A stretch of DNA of 64,000 nt from positions 392,332 to 456,331 of the forward strand of contig OZ244806.1 in NCBI GenBank assembly GCA_965220075.1, given 5' to 3'. The position numbers and the translations under genes were made by a program. Below the pieces are notes generated by a model. It worked only from the letters and a program-made list of their open reading frames with translations. It made no database searches and was not told the origin of the DNA. Origin of the DNA: Chloroflexota bacterium. GTDB taxonomy: Bacteria; Chloroflexota; UBA11872. Below are positions 52,615 to 62,374 of this stretch, one piece after another. Every line of letters begins with the position of its first letter. Position 1 is the first letter of the stretch.

Positions 52615-53438
52615 CTGACCGACCCGCGCGCCACCTCCCCACCGCGCTGGCGGCGCGCTCCGACGCCGAGTTGCTGCGACTGGCGCTGCGAGCGCATTTG
52701 CACCAGCCCGCCATCGCGCTCTGGCGCGCCACCGAGTTCGTCATGCTGCGCGACGTCGCGTTCGGAGCGCCCGTGCTCGATCTCGGCTGCGGCAACGGTG
52801 AGGTTGCGCGCACGGTCCTGCGCTCGCACCGGCCCCTGGACGGCCTGGAGCTGGTGGCCAGCGAGGCGAACGTGGCCGCCGCCAGCGGCGTATTTCGCAC
52901 GGTGTTGCGCGGCGACGCCACCCGCATGCCCCTGGCCGCGCGCTCCTACGCCGCGGTCTTCAGCCAGAGCGTGCTGGAGCACATCCCCGGCGACCTGGAC
53001 GCCCTGCGCGAAGCGGCCCGGCTGCTGCAACCGGCCGGGCGTCTGGTTTTTACCGTTCCGTCGCCCGCCTTTCGCCAGCGTATTCGCGAAGGCTCCTCCG
53101 CTCACGCGGCCGAGGCGATGGACGCCCGCCTGGGCCATCACCACTACCGGTCGCTTGACGAGTGGACCGCGCTGCTGGGCGAGCTGGGGCTGACCGTCGT
53201 GCACACTTCCGGCCACCTGCCGGCCGCCACGCAGCGGGCCTGGCAGCAGCTCGACGCGCTGATGGTCCGCCGCGTGGCCGGCCGCCGCGTCCTCGACTGG
53301 CTGCGCGGCGTGCACCGCCGCCGCCTGGTTCCCGCAGGCATTTGGGTGTTGCTCTGGACCGCGCTGCTTTGGCGGCCCTTCCGCCGCCCTGCCGGCGACC
53401 CGGGCGGTTACCTCATCGTCGCCGAGCGGCCGGCGTGA
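52611..53438 (+). CDS. Class I SAM-dependent methyltransferase
   Basis: VLDLGCGNG, GDATRMP, SVLEHIP, PAGRLVFTVP. Confidence 0.9.
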   Translation: MTDRPARHLPTALAARSDAELLRLALRAHLHQPAIALWRATEFVMLRDVAFGAPVLDLGCGNGEVARTVLRSHRPLDGLELVASEANVAAASGVFRTVLRGDATRMPLAARSYAAVFSQSVLEHIPGDLDALREAARLLQPAGRLVFTVPSPAFRQRIREGSSAHAAEAMDARLGHHHYRSLDEWTALLGELGLTVVHTSGHLPAATQRAWQQLDALMVRRVAGRRVLDWLRGVHRRRLVPAGIWVLLWTALLWRPFRRPAGDPGGYLIVAERPA

Positions 53439-54514
53439 ACCGCCCGCGCGTACTCCACCTAAGCCCCACCTGGTTCGATGACGCCTCGGTGCGCGGCGGC
53501 GGCGAGCGCTACCCGCTCGAGCTGGCCCGCGCAATGGCGGAGCTGACCCCGGTTCGTCTGGTTTCATTCGGAGCGCGCGCCGGACTGCATCGGCGGGCGG
53601 ATTTCCCCGTCGAGGTGCGGCGCGCCTGGACGCATCTGCGCGGCCGGCCGCACGACCCGCTCGGACCCGGGTTTCTCGCGGCCGTGGGCTGGGCCGACGT
53701 GGTGCACTGCCATCAGGCCCGCACCGGGATCACCGCGCTGGCCGCGCTGCAGGCGCGCGTGCTGCGCAAGCGGATATTCGTGACCGACCATGGCGGCGGA
53801 GGCGTGAACTGGGTCCGCCGCCTGCGCATCGGGCGCTGGATTCACGCACACCTGGCGCAGAGCCGCTTCGCGGCCGGCACGCTGCCCTACCTGGGCCGCC
53901 GCCTCGAAGTGATCTACGCGGGCGTCGACGAGTCGACCTACCGCCCCGCGGGTCCCAAGACGCCCGGCAGCGTCGTGTTCGTGGGAAGGCTGGTGCCGCA
54001 CAAGGGCGTCGAGCACGCCATTCGCGCCTTGCCCGAAGGCGCCGCGCTCGATGTCTTTGGGCGTCCCTACGACCCTGACTACCTGGCCTTCCTGCGCGCG
54101 CAGGCCGAGGGCCGCAACGTGGCGTTCCATCTCGACGCCGCCAACGAGCGCATCGTCGCCGCGCTTCAGGCCGCCTGCGTTTTTGTCATGCCCTCGGTTT
54201 ACGACGACTACCGCGGCCGCCACCAGGCGCTCCCCGAGCTGGTGGGCCTGGCGCCGATCGAGGCCATGGCCTGCGGGACCGCGGTGGTCGTTTCGGACGC
54301 GGGGGGCCTTCCCGAGATCATCGCGCCCGAGGCGGGAGCGGTCGTTCCGCCCGGCGATCATCAGGCCCTGCGCGCGGCCCTCACGCCGCTCACCTCATCC
54401 CTCGAAACCGCACGGCGGGGCGGCGCCGCCGCGCGCCGGCACGTCCTCGAGAACTTCACGTGGTCGCGCGTTGCCCGTGCCTGCCTGGCCGCCTACCGGG
54501 CGGCGGCGGCCTAG
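53435..54514 (+). CDS. GT4 glycosyltransferase
   Basis: GGGERY, FVGRLVPHKG, ELVGLAPIEAMACG. Confidence 0.92.
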   Translation: MNRPRVLHLSPTWFDDASVRGGGERYPLELARAMAELTPVRLVSFGARAGLHRRADFPVEVRRAWTHLRGRPHDPLGPGFLAAVGWADVVHCHQARTGITALAALQARVLRKRIFVTDHGGGGVNWVRRLRIGRWIHAHLAQSRFAAGTLPYLGRRLEVIYAGVDESTYRPAGPKTPGSVVFVGRLVPHKGVEHAIRALPEGAALDVFGRPYDPDYLAFLRAQAEGRNVAFHLDAANERIVAALQAACVFVMPSVYDDYRGRHQALPELVGLAPIEAMACGTAVVVSDAGGLPEIIAPEAGAVVPPGDHQALRAALTPLTSSLETARRGGAAARRHVLENFTWSRVARACLAAYRAAAA

Positions 54515-54545
54515 AATCGGCTGGCCGACCCACCTATTCCGACCC

Positions 54546-55766
54546 ATGCGCATCGCCCTGCTGGCCGACACCTACCCGCCCGAGAATCGCGGCGGCGCGG
54601 GCGTCGTGGTCGAGCGGCTGGCGCGAGAGTTCGTGCGGCGCGGCCACTCGCCGCACGTGATCGCCACTTCGCCCGATAGCCCAGGTGAAGCGGAGCAGGA
54701 AGGCGTGCGCGTGACGCGCCTGCGCTCGCGCTATCCCGAACGCTTCCGCAACACGGTTGCCATAGCCAACCCGCTGGTTCTGGCGGGAGTCCACGCCGCC
54801 CTGAGTGACTTCAAGCCCGACATCGTGCATGCGCACAACATCCACCAGCACCTCTCCTTCGCGTCGCTCAGACCGGCTTCCGAGCTGGACGTTCCCATCG
54901 CATACACGGCGCACGATTTCCTGCTGTTCTGCTGCATAAAGTTCATCTGCACCAACGGCGCCGTGGACTTTCGGCAGCGCTGGTTCAACTGCGCCAAGTG
55001 CCAGCGCTTCCGCTGGAACCCGCTGCGCAACACTGCCATTCGGGCCCGCATGGAGGGACAGGTCGACCACCTCTTCGCCATCAGCCGCGCGCTTCAGACG
55101 GCCCTGCGCGCCAACGGCTACGGCGGCGCCGAGGTAGTTCACAACGGCGTGGACCCGGACTGGTGGGCCGCCGGCGACGGCCAGCGCTTCCGCGCCCGCC
55201 TGGGTCTCGACCGCGAGCCGCTCGTGCTGCTTGCGGCTCGGGTCGGCCGCGCCAAGGGCGCCGAAGCTGCCCTGGAGGCGCTGGCTCGCATGCGGGACGG
55301 CGAGGCGAGGCTCGTTATCGCCGGTGAGAACCCGGGCTACCTGCCCCGGTTTCGGCGCATGGCCGCCCGGCTCGGCGTGGAGCAGCGTCTCGTGCTGCCC
55401 GGCTGGCTCGATCCCGCCGAGTTGCGCGACGCCTACCGCGCCGCCGCCGTGACGATTGCGCCGTCGACCTATCCCGACCCTTTTAACCTGACTCTCATCG
55501 AGTCGATGGCGGCCGGAACGCCGGTCGTCGCCTCCGCGCTCGGCGCCGGGCCCGAAGTCGTGCCTGACGGCGAAACCGGCTACGTGGTCCATCCCGAAGA
55601 CGCTTTGGGACTGGCCGACCGCATCGACCTGATCCTGCGCGACCGCGATCACGCGGCCGCGCTCGGCGCCGCCGGCCAACGGCGCGTGGCGCAGCAGTTC
55701 ACGCTCGCCCGGCAGGCCGACCGGACCCTCGCGCGCTACGCGGCCCTGCTCGACGGCCGCGCATGA
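54546..55766 (+). CDS. GT4 glycosyltransferase with Cys-rich loop
   Basis: YPPENRGGA, VHAHN, TAHD..CC..C..C..C, DPFNLTLIESMAAG. Confidence 0.92.
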   Translation: MRIALLADTYPPENRGGAGVVVERLAREFVRRGHSPHVIATSPDSPGEAEQEGVRVTRLRSRYPERFRNTVAIANPLVLAGVHAALSDFKPDIVHAHNIHQHLSFASLRPASELDVPIAYTAHDFLLFCCIKFICTNGAVDFRQRWFNCAKCQRFRWNPLRNTAIRARMEGQVDHLFAISRALQTALRANGYGGAEVVHNGVDPDWWAAGDGQRFRARLGLDREPLVLLAARVGRAKGAEAALEALARMRDGEARLVIAGENPGYLPRFRRMAARLGVEQRLVLPGWLDPAELRDAYRAAAVTIAPSTYPDPFNLTLIESMAAGTPVVASALGAGPEVVPDGETGYVVHPEDALGLADRIDLILRDRDHAAALGAAGQRRVAQQFTLARQADRTLARYAALLDGRA

Positions 55767-56893
55767 GCGCGGGTCCGCGCGTCCTTCACGTCATCACCTC
55801 GCTCGCCGTTGGCGGCGCCCAGCGGCATTTGCTGAGCCTGCTGCCGGGCCTGGGCGCGCCGCGGACGCAGGACCTGATCTACTTTCGCGACCACGATCTG
55901 CGGACCGCCTTCGAGACGCTGGTGCGCCGCGTGCGCCACCTTCCGATGGCGGGGCGCGCGGGGCCGCTCCTTGTCCCCGCGCTCGCCGCCGTCATCGGGT
56001 CCGGGAGCTACGACATCGTGCACACCCATCTCCTGCGGGCCGACATCTACGGAGCGCTGGCCGCGCGCACGGCGGGAGTTGGCCGCGTGGTCGCAACCAA
56101 GCACAACCTGGAGCATCGCCTGGAGCGCTGGCACTGGCGGCGGGTCCACGGCGCCGCCGCGCAGCTTGTCGACCGCACCGTCTGCATCTCCCAGGCAGTG
56201 GGCGCCTGGGCCGTGCACCGCGCCGGCGTGCCTCCCGCGAGCGTGCGGGTCGTTCCCTACGGCATCGATCCGGCGCCCTACGCGGCGGCGGACCGCACCG
56301 GTGCGCGTGCGCGCCTGGGACTGCGAGACGCCGATCGGGTCGTGCTTTGCGTGGCGCGGCTCGATCCGCAGAAGAATCACTCGCTGCTCCTGCACGCCTT
56401 CGCGGCGGTCCGTCAAGCGGTGCCGCAAGCGCGCCTCTTGCTCGCCGGCGCTCCGCAGCTGGGACGGCCCGAATACGCGGAGGCGCTGCATGGCCTGGCG
56501 CGCCGGCTCGAGCTCGGATCGTCCGTGCAGTGGTTGGGAGTGCGCCGCGACGTTCCCGATCTGCTGGCCGCCGCCGACGTGGTCACGCTGGCTTCCGAGT
56601 GGGAAGGCTTTGGCTTGACGCTGCTCGAGGCCATGGCGGCCGCCAGGCCCGTGGTCGCTACGCGCGTCGGCGCCGTCGAGGAGGTGGTCGAGCACGGCGC
56701 AACGGGTTTGCTCGTCCCGCCGCGCGATCCCGCCGCCCTGGCGGAAAGCCTGACCGCCGTTCTGCGGGACCTGGATCGGTGCGCGGCGCTGGGACGCGCT
56801 GGCGCTCGGCGCGCCGAGGCGTCGTTCGGCGTCGAGCGAATGCGTGCGGCCACCCGCGCCATCTACGCCGAGCTAATGTCCGGCGGCGCCTGA
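55763..56893 (+). CDS. GT4 glycosyltransferase
   Basis: VITSLAVGGAQ, VHTH, VARLDPQKN, EGFGLTLLEAMAA. Confidence 0.93.
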   Translation: MSAGPRVLHVITSLAVGGAQRHLLSLLPGLGAPRTQDLIYFRDHDLRTAFETLVRRVRHLPMAGRAGPLLVPALAAVIGSGSYDIVHTHLLRADIYGALAARTAGVGRVVATKHNLEHRLERWHWRRVHGAAAQLVDRTVCISQAVGAWAVHRAGVPPASVRVVPYGIDPAPYAAADRTGARARLGLRDADRVVLCVARLDPQKNHSLLLHAFAAVRQAVPQARLLLAGAPQLGRPEYAEALHGLARRLELGSSVQWLGVRRDVPDLLAAADVVTLASEWEGFGLTLLEAMAAARPVVATRVGAVEEVVEHGATGLLVPPRDPAALAESLTAVLRDLDRCAALGRAGARRAEASFGVERMRAATRAIYAELMSGGA

Positions 56894-56997
56894 GACCCGA
56901 CCCGATGGTCGATACGAAGAGGTTGCCTGGAGTCCCCGGCCCATCGCGGCGGGTGCCCGAGGTTGTCCGACAGGACTCGCGTAAGCGCCGCCCCGCA

Positions 56998-57036
56998 TAT
57001 AATCCCGCTAGCGCGCCGTCGTTGCGCGCTTTTTTT
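56998..57036 (+). promoter_or_regulatory. TATAAT followed by intrinsic-terminator-like hairpin with U-tract
   Basis: TATAAT 56998-57003; GCGCGC-CGTCGTT-GCGCGC 57011-57029 followed by T7 (57030-57036); epimerase ATG at 57050. Confidence 0.55.
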
Positions 57037-57049
57037 GGCGTTTAGCCCT

Positions 57050-58024
57050 ATGCAGCGTCGTGAAGATCGGCCGGTGAGTCTTGTCACCGGCGCCGCCGGC
57101 TTCATCGCTTCGCATCTTTGCGAGGCGCTCCTGGCGCGCGGTCATCAGGTCATTGGCGTCGACGGGTTCACCGACTCGTACGACGTCGCGCAGAAGCGCG
57201 CGAACGCCCGCATCCTCGGCGCCCATCCGCACTTCGAGCCGGTCGAGGGCCATCTCGCGGAGATCGAGCTGGACCCGCTGCTACGGCGCGCCGACTACGT
57301 TTTTCACCTCGCGGCCCGCGCGGGCGTTCGCGAGGGCTGGTCGCCCGACGTCTACGCGCGCTACCTGCGCGACAACAGCGCTTCCACGCAGCGTCTGGCC
57401 CACGCGGCCTGTGAGGCCCGGATCAAACTCTTCAGCTTCGCCTCAACCTCGTCCGTGTACGGATTCGATCCCCGGCGGCCTACCCCGGAGGACCACAGCC
57501 TCAGCCCGATCTCGTTCTACGCCCAAACGAAAGTATCCGACGAGTACCTTCTGCGCGCCTACCACCGGCTCTACGGTCTGCCGCTGGTGATCCTGCGCTA
57601 CTACACCCTGTTCGGGCCCCGCCAGCGACCCGACATGCTCGCCCACATAGCGCTCAAGGCGATAGCCCAGGGCGAGCCGCTGACCGTCTTCGGCGACGGC
57701 GAGCAGACCCGCGAGTTCACCTACGTGATGGATGCCGTGGAGGCGCAGGTCCGGGTGCTGGAAGCCTTGCCGGTTGGCGAGACCTTCAACATCGGCAGTG
57801 GGCCGTGCGTCTCCATCAACCAGTTCGTGCGTGAGATGGAGGAGGTGGTCGGCCGCTCGGCGAACATCCGACACGCCGAGCGCAACCCGGCCGACCAGCT
57901 TCACAGCGACGCCGACATAGGCAAGGCCCAACGCGTATTAGGCTTCAATCCGGACACGAGCATTCGCGAAGGCTTGGAGGCCGAGTACGAGTGGCTGCGC
58001 CAAACGATCATGGCGCCCGCCTAG
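57050..58024 (+). CDS. NAD-dependent nucleotide-sugar epimerase/dehydratase
   Basis: VTGAAGFI, HLAARAGVR, ASTSSVYG, YAQTK, FGPRQRPDM, FGDGEQTR. Confidence 0.93.
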   Translation: MQRREDRPVSLVTGAAGFIASHLCEALLARGHQVIGVDGFTDSYDVAQKRANARILGAHPHFEPVEGHLAEIELDPLLRRADYVFHLAARAGVREGWSPDVYARYLRDNSASTQRLAHAACEARIKLFSFASTSSVYGFDPRRPTPEDHSLSPISFYAQTKVSDEYLLRAYHRLYGLPLVILRYYTLFGPRQRPDMLAHIALKAIAQGEPLTVFGDGEQTREFTYVMDAVEAQVRVLEALPVGETFNIGSGPCVSINQFVREMEEVVGRSANIRHAERNPADQLHSDADIGKAQRVLGFNPDTSIREGLEAEYEWLRQTIMAPA

Positions 58025-59175
58025 AGCGCACTGACGCCCGCCTGCGTGTCCTCCACGTCATGGAGGCCACCATCGGCGGGACCAAGCGCCATCTGGTCGA
58101 CCTCGCCAGCGGCCTCGATGGCGAGCGATTACGCGTCGAGGTCGCCTGCCCGCCGGTTCGCTCCGAGTCTCACGGCGACACCTCGTTCGTAGACGACCTG
58201 CGCGCCGCGCCGGTCGCGATTCACGCGCTGCCGATGCGGCGCGCCCTGCACCCGCTTCACGACGCCCGCGCCATTCTCGGCCTGGCGCGGCTCATCAGGT
58301 CGGGCGGTTACGACATCGTGCACACGCACAGCACCAAAGCCGGCGTGACGGGGCGGCTGGCCGCCGTGCTCTCGGCCGCGCGCGTCGTGCACACCCCGCA
58401 CGGCTTCTATTTCCTCAACTCTCCACGCGGCCTGCGGCGCGCCGCGTACCGCCTGCTCGAGCGCGCGCTGGGCGGCGTCACGGACCGCTTGATCGCCCTT
58501 TCCCCCAGTGAGCGGCGCGTTGCCGAATCCATCGTCTCCGCCGGCAAGGTCCGGCTGATCCCCAACAGCTTCGAGCGGTTCCAGCCGCTGGGGCGCGCCG
58601 AGGCCCGCCGCCGGCTGGGGCTTCCCGACGACGTCCCGGTGGTGGGCACCACCGCCCGCTTCACCCCGCAAAAGGCCCCGTTCGACATCGTGGACGCCTT
58701 CGCCGAGATCCACCGGCGCCGTCCCGACGTGCGCTTCGTCTGGATCAACGGCGGCGAGTTGCGCGGCGCCGTCGAGCGGCGCCTGGCGGCCCATGGCCTG
58801 CTGGAGCGCACCGCGCGGCCCGGTTACCTGGCCGACGCGCGCGCGCTGCTGCCGGCCATGGACGTGTATCTCCACCTGGCCCGTTGGGAGGGCGTGCCCT
58901 ATTCGGTCATGGAGGCCATGACGGCCGGCGTTCCGGTCGTCGGCGCGCGCGCGGTGGGCACGCTCGATCTGATCGAGGACCGCGTAACCGGCCTGCTGGT
59001 GCCGGTGGCGGACGGCGCCGGCGCCGGGCGCGCCGCCCTTCATCTGTTGACATACCCCGATGAGGCGAGCAACATCGCTCGAAACGCGCGGCGCGCAGTT
59101 GCGGACCGCCTCGATCCAACCACAATGATCCGCGCGACTGAGGCTGTGTACCTAGAGTTGGTCGGCCGCAGCTAG
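57991..59175 (+). CDS. GT4 glycosyltransferase (start uncertain)
   Basis: VLHVMEATIGG, VHTHSTKAG, HTPHG, ARFTPQK, EGVPYSVMEAM. Confidence 0.92.
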   Translation: MAAPNDHGARLERTDARLRVLHVMEATIGGTKRHLVDLASGLDGERLRVEVACPPVRSESHGDTSFVDDLRAAPVAIHALPMRRALHPLHDARAILGLARLIRSGGYDIVHTHSTKAGVTGRLAAVLSAARVVHTPHGFYFLNSPRGLRRAAYRLLERALGGVTDRLIALSPSERRVAESIVSAGKVRLIPNSFERFQPLGRAEARRRLGLPDDVPVVGTTARFTPQKAPFDIVDAFAEIHRRRPDVRFVWINGGELRGAVERRLAAHGLLERTARPGYLADARALLPAMDVYLHLARWEGVPYSVMEAMTAGVPVVGARAVGTLDLIEDRVTGLLVPVADGAGAGRAALHLLTYPDEASNIARNARRAVADRLDPTTMIRATEAVYLELVGRS

Positions 59176-59176
59176 C

Positions 59177-60589
59177 ATGCACAACCGCGTACGCGCCTTT
59201 GGCCGGTTTCTCGCCGCCGGCGACGTTGCTCTCACCCTGCTGGCGCTCTACCTGGCCGACCTGATCCGCCACTTGCTGCCCTTCGGCGCCACCGCCGAGA
59301 ACCTCGACTGGCTGGGCGGTTCCGAGTACCTGATCGTCGGGGTCATATGGGCCTTCTTCTTGCGTTTCGCCAAGCTCTACGACCACCGGCGCGTACTGCG
59401 CGTCGTCGACGAGGCCCGCGCGCTCGTGCCCGGTGTGCTCATTGCCACCGCGGCCCTGTTCGCGGCGTTCTTTCTGCTGAAGGTCGAGTTCCTCTCGCGT
59501 CTGCTGTTCGTCTACTTCGTGGTGATCGACATCGCCCTCCTGATCAACTACCGCTGGATGCTCAATCTCGCGGTGCGCAGCCGCCGCTTCGCCTCCGGCG
59601 GTCAGCGGCGGCTCCTGATCGTTGGCGCCGGTCCGGTGGGCGATCGCGTGTCGCGCATGATTCTCGACCGCCCCTGGTCGGGATTGGACGTGATCGGCTT
59701 CGCCGACGACGACGAGGCCAAGCAGAGCAACCGGCTCAACGGCCGCCCCGTGCTGGGTCTCACCACTCAGCTTCCCGCGATCGTGCAGAGCCACGCCATT
59801 GACGAGGTGGTGATCGCCCTGCCCATGCGGGCGCACGATCGCGTGCACCGGATCGCGCTCGACCTCGAACGCGAGCACGTGCGCATCCGTCTCGTGCCCG
59901 ACGTGTTCCATTTGATGCCCGGTCGCGCCGTGGCCGAAGACGTTTGGGGCATTCCCATGATCAGCGTGCGGGCGCCGGCGATCACCGGGTTCGACCGGGT
60001 CGCCAAACGCGTTTTCGACCTTGTGCTGGGGGTCTTGACCCTGGTTGTGATGGCGCCCGCCATGGGCGTGATCGCGCTCGCGATCTATGTCCAGGATCGC
60101 CGCTCGGTCATCTTTGCGCAGCGTCGCGTGGGTGAGAACGGACGGCCCTTCACCATGTACAAGTTCCGCACGATGGTCCGCGGCGTGGACGCGCGTCTCG
60201 AGGCCGAGCGGCAGCAAGGCCGCCTGGCGCGGGGCGACTACAAGCCGCTCAACGATCCGCGGGTCACCCCGGTGGGGCGTTTCCTGCGCCGCACCAGCCT
60301 CGACGAGCTGCCGCAGCTCTGGAACGTCCTGCGCGGCGAGATGAGCCTCGTTGGGCCGCGCCCCGAGCTTCCCTGGGTGGTGGAGCAGTATGAGTCGTGG
60401 CAGCGCCAGCGGCTCGCGGTCTTACCCGGCATCACCGGCTGGTGGCAAGTCAACGGCCGCAGCGAGCTGCCGCTGCGCGAAAACGTGGAGTACGACCTCT
60501 TCTACATCCAGAACTACTCACCGCTTCTAGACCTGTCGATCCTGCTGCGCACGGTCTGGGTGGTCGCGCGCGGCCGCGGCGCTTACTAG
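59177..60589 (+). CDS. Polyprenyl-phosphate sugar phosphotransferase (WcaJ/CpsE-type priming glycosyltransferase)
   Basis: Four TM helices, LIVGAG Rossmann-like domain, [50 protein letters not shown]. Confidence 0.95.
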   Translation: MHNRVRAFGRFLAAGDVALTLLALYLADLIRHLLPFGATAENLDWLGGSEYLIVGVIWAFFLRFAKLYDHRRVLRVVDEARALVPGVLIATAALFAAFFLLKVEFLSRLLFVYFVVIDIALLINYRWMLNLAVRSRRFASGGQRRLLIVGAGPVGDRVSRMILDRPWSGLDVIGFADDDEAKQSNRLNGRPVLGLTTQLPAIVQSHAIDEVVIALPMRAHDRVHRIALDLEREHVRIRLVPDVFHLMPGRAVAEDVWGIPMISVRAPAITGFDRVAKRVFDLVLGVLTLVVMAPAMGVIALAIYVQDRRSVIFAQRRVGENGRPFTMYKFRTMVRGVDARLEAERQQGRLARGDYKPLNDPRVTPVGRFLRRTSLDELPQLWNVLRGEMSLVGPRPELPWVVEQYESWQRQRLAVLPGITGWWQVNGRSELPLRENVEYDLFYIQNYSPLLDLSILLRTVWVVARGRGAY

Positions 60590-60637
60590 CCCCGTTTATC
60601 AGCGCGCCGAGGGATAGCCAGGTTCCGTAGTCCCGCG

Positions 60638-60670
60638 CCCTCTCCCAAGGGAGAGGGTTGGGGCGAGGGT
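60638..60670. repeat. CCCTCTCCC-GGGAGAGGG palindromic repeat
   Basis: CCCTCTCCC-AA-GGGAGAGGG followed by TTGGGGCGAGGG, between convergent genes. Confidence 0.65.
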
Positions 60671-60680
60671 GTCTTTCCCC

Positions 60681-60836
60681 CTTCACTCCGGCGTGCTTGC
60701 CCGCGAGCTCGCGCAAGCAGGCGGAAGCCTGTCCCGTTCTCGATACGGAGCCGGAGTCCAGCCTTCTAGTTCCCTCAACGCGGAGGACCCCGCGGCCGGG
60801 GTCCCGCCTGGATTCCGGCGTGCGCCGGAATGACGG
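60681..60836. repeat. Inverted pair of CGTC-type palindromic repeats with nested insertions
   Basis: CTTCACTCCGGCG-[inserts]-CCGGAGTCCAG and inverted CTGGATTCCGGCGTGCGCCGGAATGACGG; central hairpin at 60785-60804. Confidence 0.7.
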
Positions 60837-60864
60837 ACGCACGCCTACCGCAACGTCAAGCCGG

Positions 60865-62244
60865 TCAGTCGAACGTTTCGAGCGTCTCCGCGATGGCCGC
60901 GTCCAGGATGTCAGCCATCTCGTCCGTCTCCTCGTCCATGGCCACCAGCGGCGGCAGGAACACGAACGCGTCGTCCCCCGCGCGCGCGATCATCCCGCCC
61001 TCGCGCGCGGCCCGTCCCACCGCGCGCCCGAACTTGCGCCCGGCTGGAAAACTGGCGTGCGTGGCGCGATCGGCCACGAACTCCACGCCCCAAAGCAGCC
61101 CGCGACCCTCCACGCGCCCAATCACGTCATAGCGGTCCGCCATGTCCAGCAGACGCGCTTGCAGTCGTTGCCCCTGCCGGCGGGCGTTGGCCAGCACGCC
61201 GTCGTCCGCGATCTGACTCACCGCCGCTACCCCGGCGGCGCACGCGACCGGGTAGCCGCCGTAGGTGTGGCCCGTGTTGAAATGGACGTTTTGCGCCGTG
61301 TCTCCCCAGAACGCGCCCGCGATCTCCTCGCGCATAATCACGGCGGCCAGCGGCGCGTAGCCGCTGCTGATCCCTTTGCCCACCGTCAGTATGTCCGGCC
61401 ACACGCCAAAAGCTTCCGCCGCGAACAGCTCCCCCAGACGCCCGAACCCGGTGACGACCTCGTCGAAGATCAGCGTCACGTTGAATCGGTCGCAGATGTC
61501 GCGAACGATCTGCAGATACTCGGCGGGCGGCACGTAGAACGTCTCCGCCGACATTACGGCCGGCTCCGCGATGAACGCCGCCACCGTATCGGGCCCCTCG
61601 CCCAGTATCACGTCCTCCAGCACCTGCGCGCAGACCACTCCGCAGTCGGGGTAGGTCAGCTTGAAGGGGCAGTGATAGCACTCCGGCGGGTGCATGTGAA
61701 CGAACCCGGCCGGCAGCGGCTCGAACTTCGATTTGCGCGCGGCGCCGCCGGTTGCCGCCAGCGTGCCCAGCGTCGCGCCGTGAAAGCTCTTGTAGCGCGA
61801 AATCACCTTGTACTTTCCCGGATTGCCCGTCTGCTTGTGGAACTGGCGAACCAGCTTGATCGCGGTCTCGTTCGCTTCCGACCCGCCGCTCGTGAACTTG
61901 ACGGTCGTGAACTCGGGCGGGGTCACGCTTGCCAGCAGACTCGCCAGCTCGATCTCCGGTTCGTTCACTGCATGCACCGGCAGCGCCAGCGCAACTCGGT
62001 CGATCTGCGCCTTCATCGCGTCGATGATTTTCCGGTTGCCGTGACCGAGCTGAATGGCGCCGATGCCCGACACTCCGTCGTAATACCAGCGCCCGTCCTG
62101 GTCCCGAATCCGAACGCCCTCGCCTTCGGTCACGATCAAGGGGTTGTCGAGGAAGTCCTTCATCTGATGAAATTGCATCATCAGATGGCGCAGTCCGGGG
62201 TAGCGGTCGGTTATCGGCGCCTGTCCGTCCATATTGGGCGCCAT
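60865..62244 (-). CDS. Class III PLP-dependent aminotransferase
   Basis: GEG...D.DG..Y.D, LGHG, SGGSEANE, SFHG.T, FIAEP, IFDEVVTGFGRLG, PDILTVGKG, GHTYGG; GAGGAG SD. Confidence 0.95.
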   Translation of the reverse strand: MAPNMDGQAPITDRYPGLRHLMMQFHQMKDFLDNPLIVTEGEGVRIRDQDGRWYYDGVSGIGAIQLGHGNRKIIDAMKAQIDRVALALPVHAVNEPEIELASLLASVTPPEFTTVKFTSGGSEANETAIKLVRQFHKQTGNPGKYKVISRYKSFHGATLGTLAATGGAARKSKFEPLPAGFVHMHPPECYHCPFKLTYPDCGVVCAQVLEDVILGEGPDTVAAFIAEPAVMSAETFYVPPAEYLQIVRDICDRFNVTLIFDEVVTGFGRLGELFAAEAFGVWPDILTVGKGISSGYAPLAAVIMREEIAGAFWGDTAQNVHFNTGHTYGGYPVACAAGVAAVSQIADDGVLANARRQGQRLQARLLDMADRYDVIGRVEGRGLLWGVEFVADRATHASFPAGRKFGRAVGRAAREGGMIARAGDDAFVFLPPLVAMDEETDEMADILDAAIAETLETFD

Positions 62245-62374
62245 GGCACTCCTCGATCCGTGTCAGCCGCATGCGCAGCCTACCCGGCAAACTCGCCTCT
62301 GTCGCCTGCCGCGCGTGCGTCCGTACTTTCCGCTACCTTGGCGCAAAGCCCTGGGTCGGCACCGGCGGGGAAAC

